A stretch of 64,000 nucleotides of DNA from an uncultured delta proteobacterium (GTDB taxonomy: Bacteria; Desulfobacterota; Binatia; Binatales; Binataceae): contig CAVRVY010000004.1 in assembly GCA_963724765.1 (NCBI GenBank), forward strand, positions 864,001 through 928,000, read 5' to 3'. Shown here piece after piece: positions 51,239 to 59,489 of the stretch; position 1 is the stretch's first letter, and every line of letters starts with the position of its first letter. Position numbers and translations under genes: made by a program. A model generated the notes under the pieces. That model saw nothing but the letters and a program-made list of their open reading frames with translations, was not told the DNA's origin and searched no databases.

Positions 51239-51751
51239 AGGATAGCGCACCTGATGACGCGCAGGAACTATGGCTTCTGGCCGCCTGGGTTGTGTGGGTC
51301 ACGTTCCGCCTCGCCCCGCACCCCGTCAGGCCTGTGAGGAGCATCCATGCTTGGCGGGCGACGATACTTGTCTCGCGGTCGGGCTAGCGGTGTGGATGCT
51401 TCACGGCGCGCAAATCGCGGTGCGCGTGCTCGATATCAAACCAGCCCCGCCAGTCGTCACCAGCTATCGCCTTGACCGCGGCTGAAACCGGCCCATAGCC
51501 CCCAGGAGCCGATGTGGGCCGTCCGCCCGCTCGGGACGCTCCCGACCCCTGCTTCGCCAGCCCGGAGGCACCAAGAATTAACGACAAAATTATTGGCGCA
51601 CGTTCCCGCGGCCTAGCCGGCCGGCAATCGACACGATATGAGACGGGGCGGCCCTTCTTACGGCATCTCGCGCGTATTCGCGTGTGGCTTGAAATCGAAG
51701 CGGGACCGCCATGGAACGCGGCCCCGCTTCGAGGTGTTCACGCAAAGCGGC

Positions 51752-52342
51752 TCACGGGAGGGTCACGCTTGTTTTCCCATTGGCTTCGGCCCATTGAAAG
51801 AAACCGAGCCCGCCCGCAGGTGGCGCCAGAGTGAAGCCGACCTCAGTGTAGGTGGAGCTCCCGGTCGCGCCTTTGTATATGCCCGTGCCGGCGAATAGCG
51901 TGTCGGTCTCGGTTACAGTGAATTCTCCGCTTGTAAGGTTGATACAGCCGCTTCCCGAGGCACCGCCATAGAAAGTAGAGCCAAGGGGTCCATCAACTGC
52001 GGAGGCCGATCCTATGAAATCAAGATTCACACCGGTTTCGCTTTCACCGAAAACACCAGTGAAGCTGCAGGAGGTAGTGCCTTCGCTGTATTCACTCACC
52101 GACTGAAAGCTATAAGCGCCACCCAAAATTGGCTTCTTCGGGAAAATAGACGTTCCTGAGCCCGTGCCCAGGGCGGCAGTCGAAGTCGTGTCAGCTGTGT
52201 CGAAACTGAACGACCCGCCCATGCTCACGGCCGTGCCTCTGGAATGGAACGTACCCTTGAAGGTTTTCGCATCAGCCTTTGGCGCCAGAAACACTCCCAC
52301 TGAGAGAGCCAGGACCACGATACCCGTTAGCTTCGAAAGCAT
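51752..52342 (-). CDS. Secreted beta-rich hypothetical protein
   Basis: GGAGG RBS, signal peptide ending ADA, AGTG.YKGATG motif reminiscent of dirigent/AOC-like barrels. Confidence 0.72.
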   Translation of the reverse strand: MLSKLTGIVVLALSVGVFLAPKADAKTFKGTFHSRGTAVSMGGSFSFDTADTTSTAALGTGSGTSIFPKKPILGGAYSFQSVSEYSEGTTSCSFTGVFGESETGVNLDFIGSASAVDGPLGSTFYGGASGSGCINLTSGEFTVTETDTLFAGTGIYKGATGSSTYTEVGFTLAPPAGGLGFFQWAEANGKTSVTLP

Positions 52343-52767
52343 CGCTCTACCTCCCTGTTAGGGTTGATTCTCAGCGTAGCCGGGAAACCGGCAGCGGCCA
52401 CAAGGCAAGGCGTCCGACGCTCAATTAAGACCACCAAAGCTCAGTTATAGTTTGTGCACGTTAACGTCAAACACTCGGTCTTGTGCGATGGCTTCGCGGG
52501 GTCCTCCGAATTTCGTAAAAGTTCCCGGGACCACGGGACCCCACGCGCGAAACGCGATCGCGATTTTTGGGGGTACCCTGGCCCGACCTGGCAAAGCATC
52601 CTTCGAAAGGACAGTCCCCGCCGGTGCCAAACTCGGTGCCGAACTAGCGCCAACCGGGCATCTCACTGCTTACTACTCAGTACAACTCAAAGTAAGGATG
52701 GGCCGTATATCGACTGAGGTTTTGAGATGGAGCGCGCTATAGATACTGGACTATTTGCGGGCCAGTT

Positions 52768-52815
52768 TCGGCCTTACAAGCCGGTCGCAAATTCGAAACC
52801 TGCACCGCCCACCAA
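52768..52815 (+). repeat. att-like degenerate copy of tRNA-Val 3' part (50857-50907)
   Basis: TCGGCCTTACAAGCCG-GTCGCAaaTTCGAAACCTGCACCGCCCACCAA; 3-nt deletion and 2 mismatches relative to the tRNA. Confidence 0.92.
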
Positions 52816-52924
52816 GTACCGACGGCCTCTCGTGAATATGCGGCTTGCGCAGCTGACGCGAGTCGCAGACGAGTCGCAATCTGGGGTCGCCTTGAGCCAG
52901 AGCGGGGATCACTGTACAGGCTGT

Positions 52925-53212
52925 CTCAAGGTGAGCGGAGTAAAGCGCGTGGTGAATGAACTGCAGGTGTAGCCGAGCGCGCAGCAGAACGCTGTCAATG
53001 CGAGCGACGACGAGATCCAGCGTCAGGTCAGGAAGGCTCTCGACGATCATGGGTTCAATAACCTCGGCTTGGACGTGCGCAACGGCGTCGCGCGTTTGAC
53101 GGGGCACATTCCAACCGAAGCGCGGTATCTAGAGGCCGCTGTCGTAGCGCGTTCGGTCCGAAGCATGCGCGCGCTCGAAGACGACCTGCGCCTTCGGGCG
53201 GGCGATCATTAG
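52925..53212 (+). pseudogene. BON-domain (OsmY-like) protein remnant
   Basis: KVSGVKRVVNELQV*PSAQQ...DDEIQRQVRKAL...LDVRNGVARLTG...LEDDLRL; in-frame TAG at 52970-52972; 5' part missing. Confidence 0.78.
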
Positions 53213-53451
53213 CCCAGCGCGGCAGCGCCCCGACATCACACATCTCCTTATGCAAAAGCGATACGCGGCAAGCTTAAAACCTGTTCTCTGGGGCACTAAT
53301 AGTCAACTTGAAACCCTGGCCGCGCTTGTCGCGAAGCGAGCAATATCGGAATGTGGACTAAATGAATGCATGAACGTATGAACAGCGCAGATGTATTGGG
53401 TAACCTGATCATGTGACTGAACAATGACTTGACCGACAGGAAGACAGTATA

Positions 53452-53631
53452 ATGAGCGGAACCAGCGACAAGATCAAAGGCCGTGTAAAGGAAGCAGTGG
53501 GTGTTTTAGCCGATGACCAACGTTTAAAGGACGAAGGAAAGCTGGACCAGACCACCGGTAAGATCAAGGAGACCGTGGAGAGCGTGATCGACAAGGCAAA
53601 GAATGCTGTAAAGGGTCCCGCGAAAAAATAG
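53452..53631 (+). CDS. CsbD family stress protein (59 aa, below ORF-track cutoff)
   Basis: MSGTSDKIKGRVKEAVGVLADDQRLKDEGKLDQTTGKIKE. Confidence 0.9.
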   Translation: MSGTSDKIKGRVKEAVGVLADDQRLKDEGKLDQTTGKIKETVESVIDKAKNAVKGPAKK

Positions 53632-53762
53632 CATTTCTTCCGCTACCACAGTAACCAAAACCGATTCGTACCGGAGTAATGATCATGAAGAAGATGAAGA
53701 AAAGCACAACCAGGTTCGTCGCCATGACCGCGAAGGGCGTGCAATTAATGATAGCGCCATTA

Positions 53763-53912
53763 ATGATTAAGAGGGTTGCGTTGATTCTCGCGACGGTGTT
53801 GATGGCGAGCTGCTTCCCCATGGAATCTCGCCCACAGCAGCAGACCACCACGACGACAACCACTACGTGCCCCCCGGGGACGCAGCTTGGTAGCGATGGG
53901 ATATGTCGCTGA
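53763..53912 (+). CDS. Small predicted lipoprotein with Thr run and C-terminal Cys pair
   Basis: MIKRVALILATVLMASC lipobox-like; TTTTTTTTCPPGTQLGSDGICR; start uncertain (53679 possible). Confidence 0.55.
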   Translation: MIKRVALILATVLMASCFPMESRPQQQTTTTTTTTCPPGTQLGSDGICR

Positions 53913-54130
53913 GCAGTGAGGCAAACGTCATAACATACCGACAATTCAGATTCTGCGGCTACTCTCCACTAGAGGTCGTCGCGCGAACGCCCCCAACGAT
54001 GCCCGGACCACGCGAATCCCTGCTTGCTTAAGTTGATTCCGAGAGTTGCCGCTTGTTTGTTTCATTCCTACCCTGTCGCGCATACGTTTAGGAGAAACTG
54101 GACATCGATAGATACAGTTCGCGCCTAAAC

Positions 54131-54316
54131 TTGGCCTTGCTGGTCGGTATGATGCTCGGCGCTGCGGGGACTGTACTGGCGCGGCAGGCGCTACCCAATA
54201 ATCCGGGGAAACAAATGTCGATATTCAAAGGCACAGTGGCACAATACTCGCTCACGCCGCGCGGCGACGTGGACGGCCTGATGCGGCGGATTTCGACCTT
54301 GGCCTGGCCCCTCTAA
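54131..54316 (+). pseudogene. Truncated exported hypothetical protein
   Basis: KGTVAQYSLTPRGDVDGL motif resembles the N-terminus of a longer conserved hypothetical family (from recall); ORF ends shortly after it. Confidence 0.45.
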
Positions 54317-54517
54317 ACGGGATCGAAGGGATAAGACGTAATACCAGCTAATTCTGTTCCAGAAGGTAGCGACACGCATTGACTATAAGTTCGTGAACGT
54401 CGGCCTCGGACAATATTCCTTGTCGTTGCGATACGGTGCCGGACTCATTTCAATGTAACTGAGAGATTATGAATTTCCATTTAGTAAGATGGTTCCGTTG
54501 GTCGTAGTCCGTGACTT

Positions 54518-54916
54518 ATGAGACGCTTAATCAAAATAGAAATTGGATCTGTCGGCAGTCGGATAGTGAGGATTTTGGCAGCGCTGCTTTTCGCGACTCT
54601 GGCGACGGGTTGTTACGTCGGCGGTCCCGGTTGGTGGGGTGGTCGAGGTGGAGGCTACTACAGCGGCGCAGGCGGCTATTACGGGAGCAACTACTACGAG
54701 AGGAACGTCTATCGGGGCTACGGCGGGCATCCGGAGTCCGGTATGTTCGGCGGCTATCCGCCGGCTCACGAAGCTTGGGACGCGAGCAGCCGGGGCAGGG
54801 CCAGCTATGGCAGCGGAGGCGGATCGAGGGGCGGACATAGCGGCGGGGGAGGCGGTGGACACACCGGCGGCTCCGGAGGCGGCGGACATGGTGGAGGCGG
54901 CGGTCATGGCCACTAA
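54518..54916 (+). CDS. Glycine/tyrosine-rich predicted lipoprotein
   Basis: Hydrophobic segment ending LATGC, GGYY repeats, SSRGRASY and Gly/His tail. Confidence 0.62.
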   Translation: MRRLIKIEIGSVGSRIVRILAALLFATLATGCYVGGPGWWGGRGGGYYSGAGGYYGSNYYERNVYRGYGGHPESGMFGGYPPAHEAWDASSRGRASYGSGGGSRGGHSGGGGGGHTGGSGGGGHGGGGGHGH

Positions 54917-54938
54917 TCGTGGATGCCGGGGAAAAGTA

Positions 54939-55925
54939 ATGCTTCCACTAAATAACAATCGAAGAAGCGCTACGGGTTGGCTAGCTATCCGGATTATGTG
55001 GGTCAGCCTCGTACTTTGGCTTGGCAGCGCCGGGGCGGTCTTGGCGCAAGCGCCGGGCCAGAAAACGTTCAATTCGGCTGCGGAGGCAACCGACGCTTTC
55101 GCCTTAGCCGTGCAGAATCACGATGAGGCGACGATGCTGGCGATCCTGGGCCCGTCCGGACGGGACTTGATTTCCTCCGGCGATCCGGTCGCCGACAAGA
55201 ACAGACAGGATACCTTTTCCGCGAAGTATCATGCGTCGCATCAGTTTGCCTCGGCCGGCGACGGACGAACCTTCCTCTACATAGGCACCGGGAATTGGCC
55301 GACTCCGATACCGCTGCGGCAAAATGGATCTCAGTGGTACTTCGACACGGATTACGGCAAGCTGGAGATCCTGTATCGGCGGATCGGCGCCGACGAACTG
55401 AACGTGATCAAAGTCTGCGCTGCAATCGCCGATGCCCAGCGAGACTATTACGCCTCGCTGCACGACGGTGCGTCGGAGCATCAATACGCTCAGAAGTTCC
55501 GGAGCACGCAAGGAGCGCAGGACGGCTTGTACTGGGAGGTCAAGGCGGGCGCACAGCCGGAGAGTCCGCTGGGTCCCCTGGTCGCTGAAGCGGCTAGCGA
55601 AGGCTATCAACGCCAGGCCACCGGCCAACCGCATCCTTTCCACGGCTACGTTTACCGGATGCTAACCAGTCAAGGAGCCAACGCGCCGGGCGGCGCGCGA
55701 AGCTATATCGTCGATGGCAAGATGACCGGAGGATTTGCGGTGGTTGCGTATCCGGTCAGCTATCGCGACTCCGGGGTGATGACCTTCATCATCAATCAGG
55801 ACGGCCAAGTCTATCAAAAGGACCTGGGCCCCCACACCGATCAGATAGCCAGCGAGATGGTGTCATACGATCCGGATGCGACCTGGCAACCCGCGAACAA
55901 AGCGAGCGTTGCCGCGCACAAATAA
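54939..55925 (+). CDS. DUF2950 family exported protein
   Basis: QKTF.SA, WPTPIPL, RRIG..EL, YAQK..S..G..DGLYW, PFHGY, YQKDLG. Confidence 0.88.
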   Translation: MLPLNNNRRSATGWLAIRIMWVSLVLWLGSAGAVLAQAPGQKTFNSAAEATDAFALAVQNHDEATMLAILGPSGRDLISSGDPVADKNRQDTFSAKYHASHQFASAGDGRTFLYIGTGNWPTPIPLRQNGSQWYFDTDYGKLEILYRRIGADELNVIKVCAAIADAQRDYYASLHDGASEHQYAQKFRSTQGAQDGLYWEVKAGAQPESPLGPLVAEAASEGYQRQATGQPHPFHGYVYRMLTSQGANAPGGARSYIVDGKMTGGFAVVAYPVSYRDSGVMTFIINQDGQVYQKDLGPHTDQIASEMVSYDPDATWQPANKASVAAHK

Positions 55926-56007
55926 GAAGAATCACGAGCTCAGGCCGAGCCGTACGCGCGCATCGAGCTCGGCGGAACTGTAGAAGTCGAGGAGTAATAT
56001 AGTATTT

Positions 56008-56523
56008 ATGGAAATGCTTGTGAAAACCAAGAGTCGAATGATCATTGCGATGGCGGCCGTCTTACTCTCCACCCTGGTGCCGATTCGGGCGCGTGCGGCC
56101 GACAATATAACGGTAAAAACCGGCTATTTAACCTGCCATGAAGCGAGCGGGTGGGGGTTTATCATCGGTTCGTCGCACGCAATCCACTGCACATATACGT
56201 CGAATAAGCATCGAACCGAATACTACACGGGCTCCATTTCCAAGTTTGGCGCCGATATTGGCTATCTGCAGTCCGCGGTTATCCTGTGGGCTGTCGCCGC
56301 TCCGACTACTGATCTGAACCCTGGAGCGTTGGCGGGAGACTACGGCGGCGTTCAGGCGAGTCTGGCCCTGGGAGTGGGTGCGGGTGCGAATGTTCTGCTC
56401 GGCGGCTTTCATAAGTCGATCGCGCTGCAGCCGGTCTCAGTCGAAGGCCAGAACGGTTTGAACGTGGCCGCAGGCATCGCGGGGATGAGCCTCCATTACG
56501 AGGGACTTAAGGCTCCTCGCTAG
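56008..56523 (+). CDS. DUF992 family exported protein
   Basis: G.LTC....GFIIGS, Y.G.ISKFG.DIG, W.V.AP, GANVLLGG...SIALQPVSV. Confidence 0.88.
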   Translation: MEMLVKTKSRMIIAMAAVLLSTLVPIRARAADNITVKTGYLTCHEASGWGFIIGSSHAIHCTYTSNKHRTEYYTGSISKFGADIGYLQSAVILWAVAAPTTDLNPGALAGDYGGVQASLALGVGAGANVLLGGFHKSIALQPVSVEGQNGLNVAAGIAGMSLHYEGLKAPR

Positions 56524-56538
56524 ACCCCAGATACCGTT

Positions 56539-56643
56539 GGATTCCTCTAGCGAAACGACACCCTCAGCTCCAGCCTTCTCGAACGCATCTGCGGCCAGTT
56601 CGCCGACTGTCAGATCGTTGTGCGCGGATATAGCCGCTATCTG
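56539..56643 (-). pseudogene. groEL: Internal fragment of a chaperonin GroEL gene
   Basis: QIAAISAHNDLTVGELAADAFEKAGAEGVVSLEES resembles the GroEL QVATISAN.D..IG..IA.AM.KVG.EGVI.VEE segment. Confidence 0.75.
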
Positions 56644-56811
56644 GAGGCGACAGCCAAGAAGGTGCCAATCGAAGCCGCGCACTGAATCAGGCGGCCGACA
56701 ACGTCAAGTCACCCGCCGTGGCGGAGCCTCCGTTACGTCGCCAGCGCCAGACGGGCAATGCTGAGGAGACGCCACTTCGACCAGTGCGACTAGCGCCTGA
56801 GTGATCCCGCT

Positions 56812-57243
56812 ATGCTGCAACTCTACAAGACCATCCTATGCCCGGTCGACTTTGACGATAGCTCTGTCGTCGCCCTCAGGCATGCGGCGCAGCTTGCGGC
56901 ACAGGTGGACGCAACGGTCCATCTTCTGCACGTCACCCCGATAATCCCGACCGCGCCCGAAATCGTTCAAAGCTTTGAGCCTCAAGGTGAGTTGTCGGCT
57001 CGTCGTCGGCTCGAGAAGATGGCGAACGACGAGTTGGCCGGAATCAAACATCAGATCCACACCAAGGTTGCATTCGCCTCTCACATCCCAAAGAGCATCC
57101 TTGCCGCGGCTCGCGAGGCCGGCGCCGACCTTATTGTGATCGCAACGCATGGACGTTCCGGGCTCCCGCGCCTGTTGCTCGGCAGCGTCGCGGAAGCGGT
57201 CGTGCGCAACTCCACTTGCGCGGTGCTGACCGTTCGGCCTTAG
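56812..57243 (+). CDS. Universal stress protein (UspA family)
   Basis: [24 protein letters not shown]...[11 protein letters not shown]. Confidence 0.92.
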   Translation: MLQLYKTILCPVDFDDSSVVALRHAAQLAAQVDATVHLLHVTPIIPTAPEIVQSFEPQGELSARRRLEKMANDELAGIKHQIHTKVAFASHIPKSILAAAREAGADLIVIATHGRSGLPRLLLGSVAEAVVRNSTCAVLTVRP

Positions 57244-57327
57244 TCAGGTAGCAAGAACAGGCGGGCGGGCGGCTTTGGACACAGGCGCCAAGCGCACGGC
57301 GCACCTGTCGAGTCGAGGGAGAGGACC

Positions 57328-59361
57328 ATGGCATTGGACGCGTGGGGCCGTGCCGAGGGGGTTTTGACCCCGCTCGGCGCGACCTGGATCGAATCCGCCG
57401 AAGCTTACAACTTCGCGCTCTATTCAAAGAACGCCACGGCGGTTTCACTGCTGCTCTACGGCGACGGCGATTTCGTCAAACCGATCAGGACTTTTGCCTT
57501 CGATTTTCCCGCGCACAAAACGGCCAGGATCTGGCACATGCTCGTGCCGGCCGCGGAAATCGCGGGAGCAAAATACTACGCCTATAAGGTCGACGGCCCC
57601 TTCGGTCCCGGCCTCGGCGAGCGCTTCGATCGCGGCAAAGCTCTTCTTGACCCGTACGCCAGAGGCATTTTCCTCCCGCCCGCCTTCAGCCGCGAGGCGG
57701 CGCGCGCGCCCGGCCCCAACGACGGCAAGGCGCCGCTCGGGATTCTTCCTCCCAAGGCCTCCGCCGGCCCGATCCATCTGGACGACCCGCCCGCCCGGCA
57801 TACCCATGACCTAGTCATCTACGAGCTTCACGTACGCAACTTCACAAGGCATCCGAGCGCCGGACTGGACGAGCGTACACGCGGGACTTACGCGGGCGTG
57901 GCCGCGATGGTTCCGTATCTGAAAGACCTCGGGGTCACCGCGGTCGAGTTGATGCCGGTGCATCAGTACGACCCGCAAGAGAGGAGCCATTGGGGATATA
58001 TGACCCTTGGATTCTTCGCGCCCCATCATACCTATGCGCGGGATTCCGACGCCGAAGCGGCCGCCGGGGAGTTCCGGGCCATGGTCGAAGCCCTTCACGC
58101 GGCCGATATCGAAGTAATCCTCGATGTGGTTTACAACCACACGACCGAGTGCGATCAGAACGGCCCGACCTACAGCTTTCGCGGAATCGACAATTCAACC
58201 TACTACTCACTCGACCCCGGCGACCTCTCCCGCTACTTCAACTTCAGCGCCTGCGGCAACGATCTGCGCACCTCTCATCCGGCGGTACGCAGGCTCGTGG
58301 TCGACAGCCTTCGTTATTGGGCCTCTGAAATGGGCGTCGACGGGTTCCGCTTCGACCTTGCCTCGGTCTTCATGCGCGATGACGCGGGGAATCTGAATTA
58401 CCACGATCCGGCGATCATCTCCGCGATTAGCGCCGACGCGACACTGGCCACTCTGCGGCTTATCGCGGAGCCCTGGCAGGGCGAGTTGGGAGGCGGCTAC
58501 GTCCTGGGCCGGGCGTTTCCCGGTTTGACCTGGCAGCAATGGAACGGAAAATTTCGCGACGATGTCAGGCGGTTCGTGAAGGGCGACAATGGATTGGTGT
58601 CCTCCCTGATGACGCGCCTGCACGGCAGCACCGATCTCTTCCCCGATGATCTGCCCAACGCCTTCCGTCCCCATCAGAGCGTCAATTTCGTGACCTGTCA
58701 CGACGGCCTCTGCCTGTACGACGTGGTCTCCTACACCAACGGCGGACAGAACAGCTGGAACTATGGGTGGGAAGGTGAGGCTGGCACGCCGCCGGAAGTG
58801 GCCGCCCTGCGCAAGCGGCAAATCAAGAACTTTTGCTGCCTGCTGATGCTCGCCAACGGAGCGCCGATGTTCGTCGCAGGCGACGAGTTCATGAACACGC
58901 AGCGCGGCAACAACAATCCCTACAACGAAGACGGCGAGATCGTCTGGCTCGATTGGCGCCGGCTGGACGCGAACCCGGATATTTTCAGATTCTTCAAAAC
59001 CATGATCGCGTTCCGCAAGGCTCATCCGTCGATTGGTCGCAGCACCTTCTGGGAGGACGACGTTCGCTGGCACGGGCTGAGCGCGGACCCGGATCAATCG
59101 TATTCCTCGCACACGCTGGCATTTTTCCTGCGCGGCGGCCGGCTTCACGACTCCGATCTCTACGTAATGATCAATTGCTATTGGGAGGATCTGGACTTCA
59201 CCATCGGAGAGGGCGAGGCGCACGAATGGCTGAGGGTCGTCGATACCGCCCAGAACAGTCCCAACGATATCGTTGAGCCCGGAGCGGACGAGCGCCTAAC
59301 GTCGCTTCGCTACAAGGTTGGGGCGCGGTCAGTCGTAGTGCTGGTCCGCCGGATCCCCTGA
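57328..59361 (+). CDS. glgX: Glycogen debranching enzyme / isoamylase (GH13 with CBM48)
   Basis: IYELHVR, VELMPVHQ, DVVYNHT, DGFRFDLAS, IAEPW, FVTCHDG. Confidence 0.9.
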   Translation: MALDAWGRAEGVLTPLGATWIESAEAYNFALYSKNATAVSLLLYGDGDFVKPIRTFAFDFPAHKTARIWHMLVPAAEIAGAKYYAYKVDGPFGPGLGERFDRGKALLDPYARGIFLPPAFSREAARAPGPNDGKAPLGILPPKASAGPIHLDDPPARHTHDLVIYELHVRNFTRHPSAGLDERTRGTYAGVAAMVPYLKDLGVTAVELMPVHQYDPQERSHWGYMTLGFFAPHHTYARDSDAEAAAGEFRAMVEALHAADIEVILDVVYNHTTECDQNGPTYSFRGIDNSTYYSLDPGDLSRYFNFSACGNDLRTSHPAVRRLVVDSLRYWASEMGVDGFRFDLASVFMRDDAGNLNYHDPAIISAISADATLATLRLIAEPWQGELGGGYVLGRAFPGLTWQQWNGKFRDDVRRFVKGDNGLVSSLMTRLHGSTDLFPDDLPNAFRPHQSVNFVTCHDGLCLYDVVSYTNGGQNSWNYGWEGEAGTPPEVAALRKRQIKNFCCLLMLANGAPMFVAGDEFMNTQRGNNNPYNEDGEIVWLDWRRLDANPDIFRFFKTMIAFRKAHPSIGRSTFWEDDVRWHGLSADPDQSYSSHTLAFFLRGGRLHDSDLYVMINCYWEDLDFTIGEGEAHEWLRVVDTAQNSPNDIVEPGADERLTSLRYKVGARSVVVLVRRIP

Positions 59362-59398
59362 CGAACGGGATTCAAATAGCGCTGGCCGCCCAACGCAA

Positions 59399-59413
59399 TG
59401 GCACGCAAATCGC
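59399..59413 (+). promoter_or_regulatory. Orphan sigma54-type motif
   Basis: TGGCACGCAAATCGC (GG-N10-GC); no sense gene downstream. Confidence 0.35.
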
Positions 59414-59489
59414 GTTCTGTCAGATGAAGCCAGCAAGGCCTGGAGGCGCTTCAGCCGGAGGTTCCTGGAAGGATTGGCGCGCGACCGCC

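Larger units (their letters stand above)
50908..52815. mobile_element. Integrase-less genomic islet integrated at tRNA-Val
   Basis: Bounded by the tRNA and a degenerate duplicate of its 3' part at 52768-52815; GGTGCCA repeats near both ends. Confidence 0.75.

Noticed and set aside
52768-52815. Second tRNA-Val gene
   Set aside because: Lacks the 5' acceptor strand and D arm, and has a deletion and T-stem mismatches; treated as an att duplicate
52970-52972. In-frame TAG in the BON gene as pyrrolysine or readthrough
   Set aside because: The gene also lacks its 5' part, the stop falls in an inter-domain linker, and TAG is used as a normal stop throughout the window; a pseudogene is simpler
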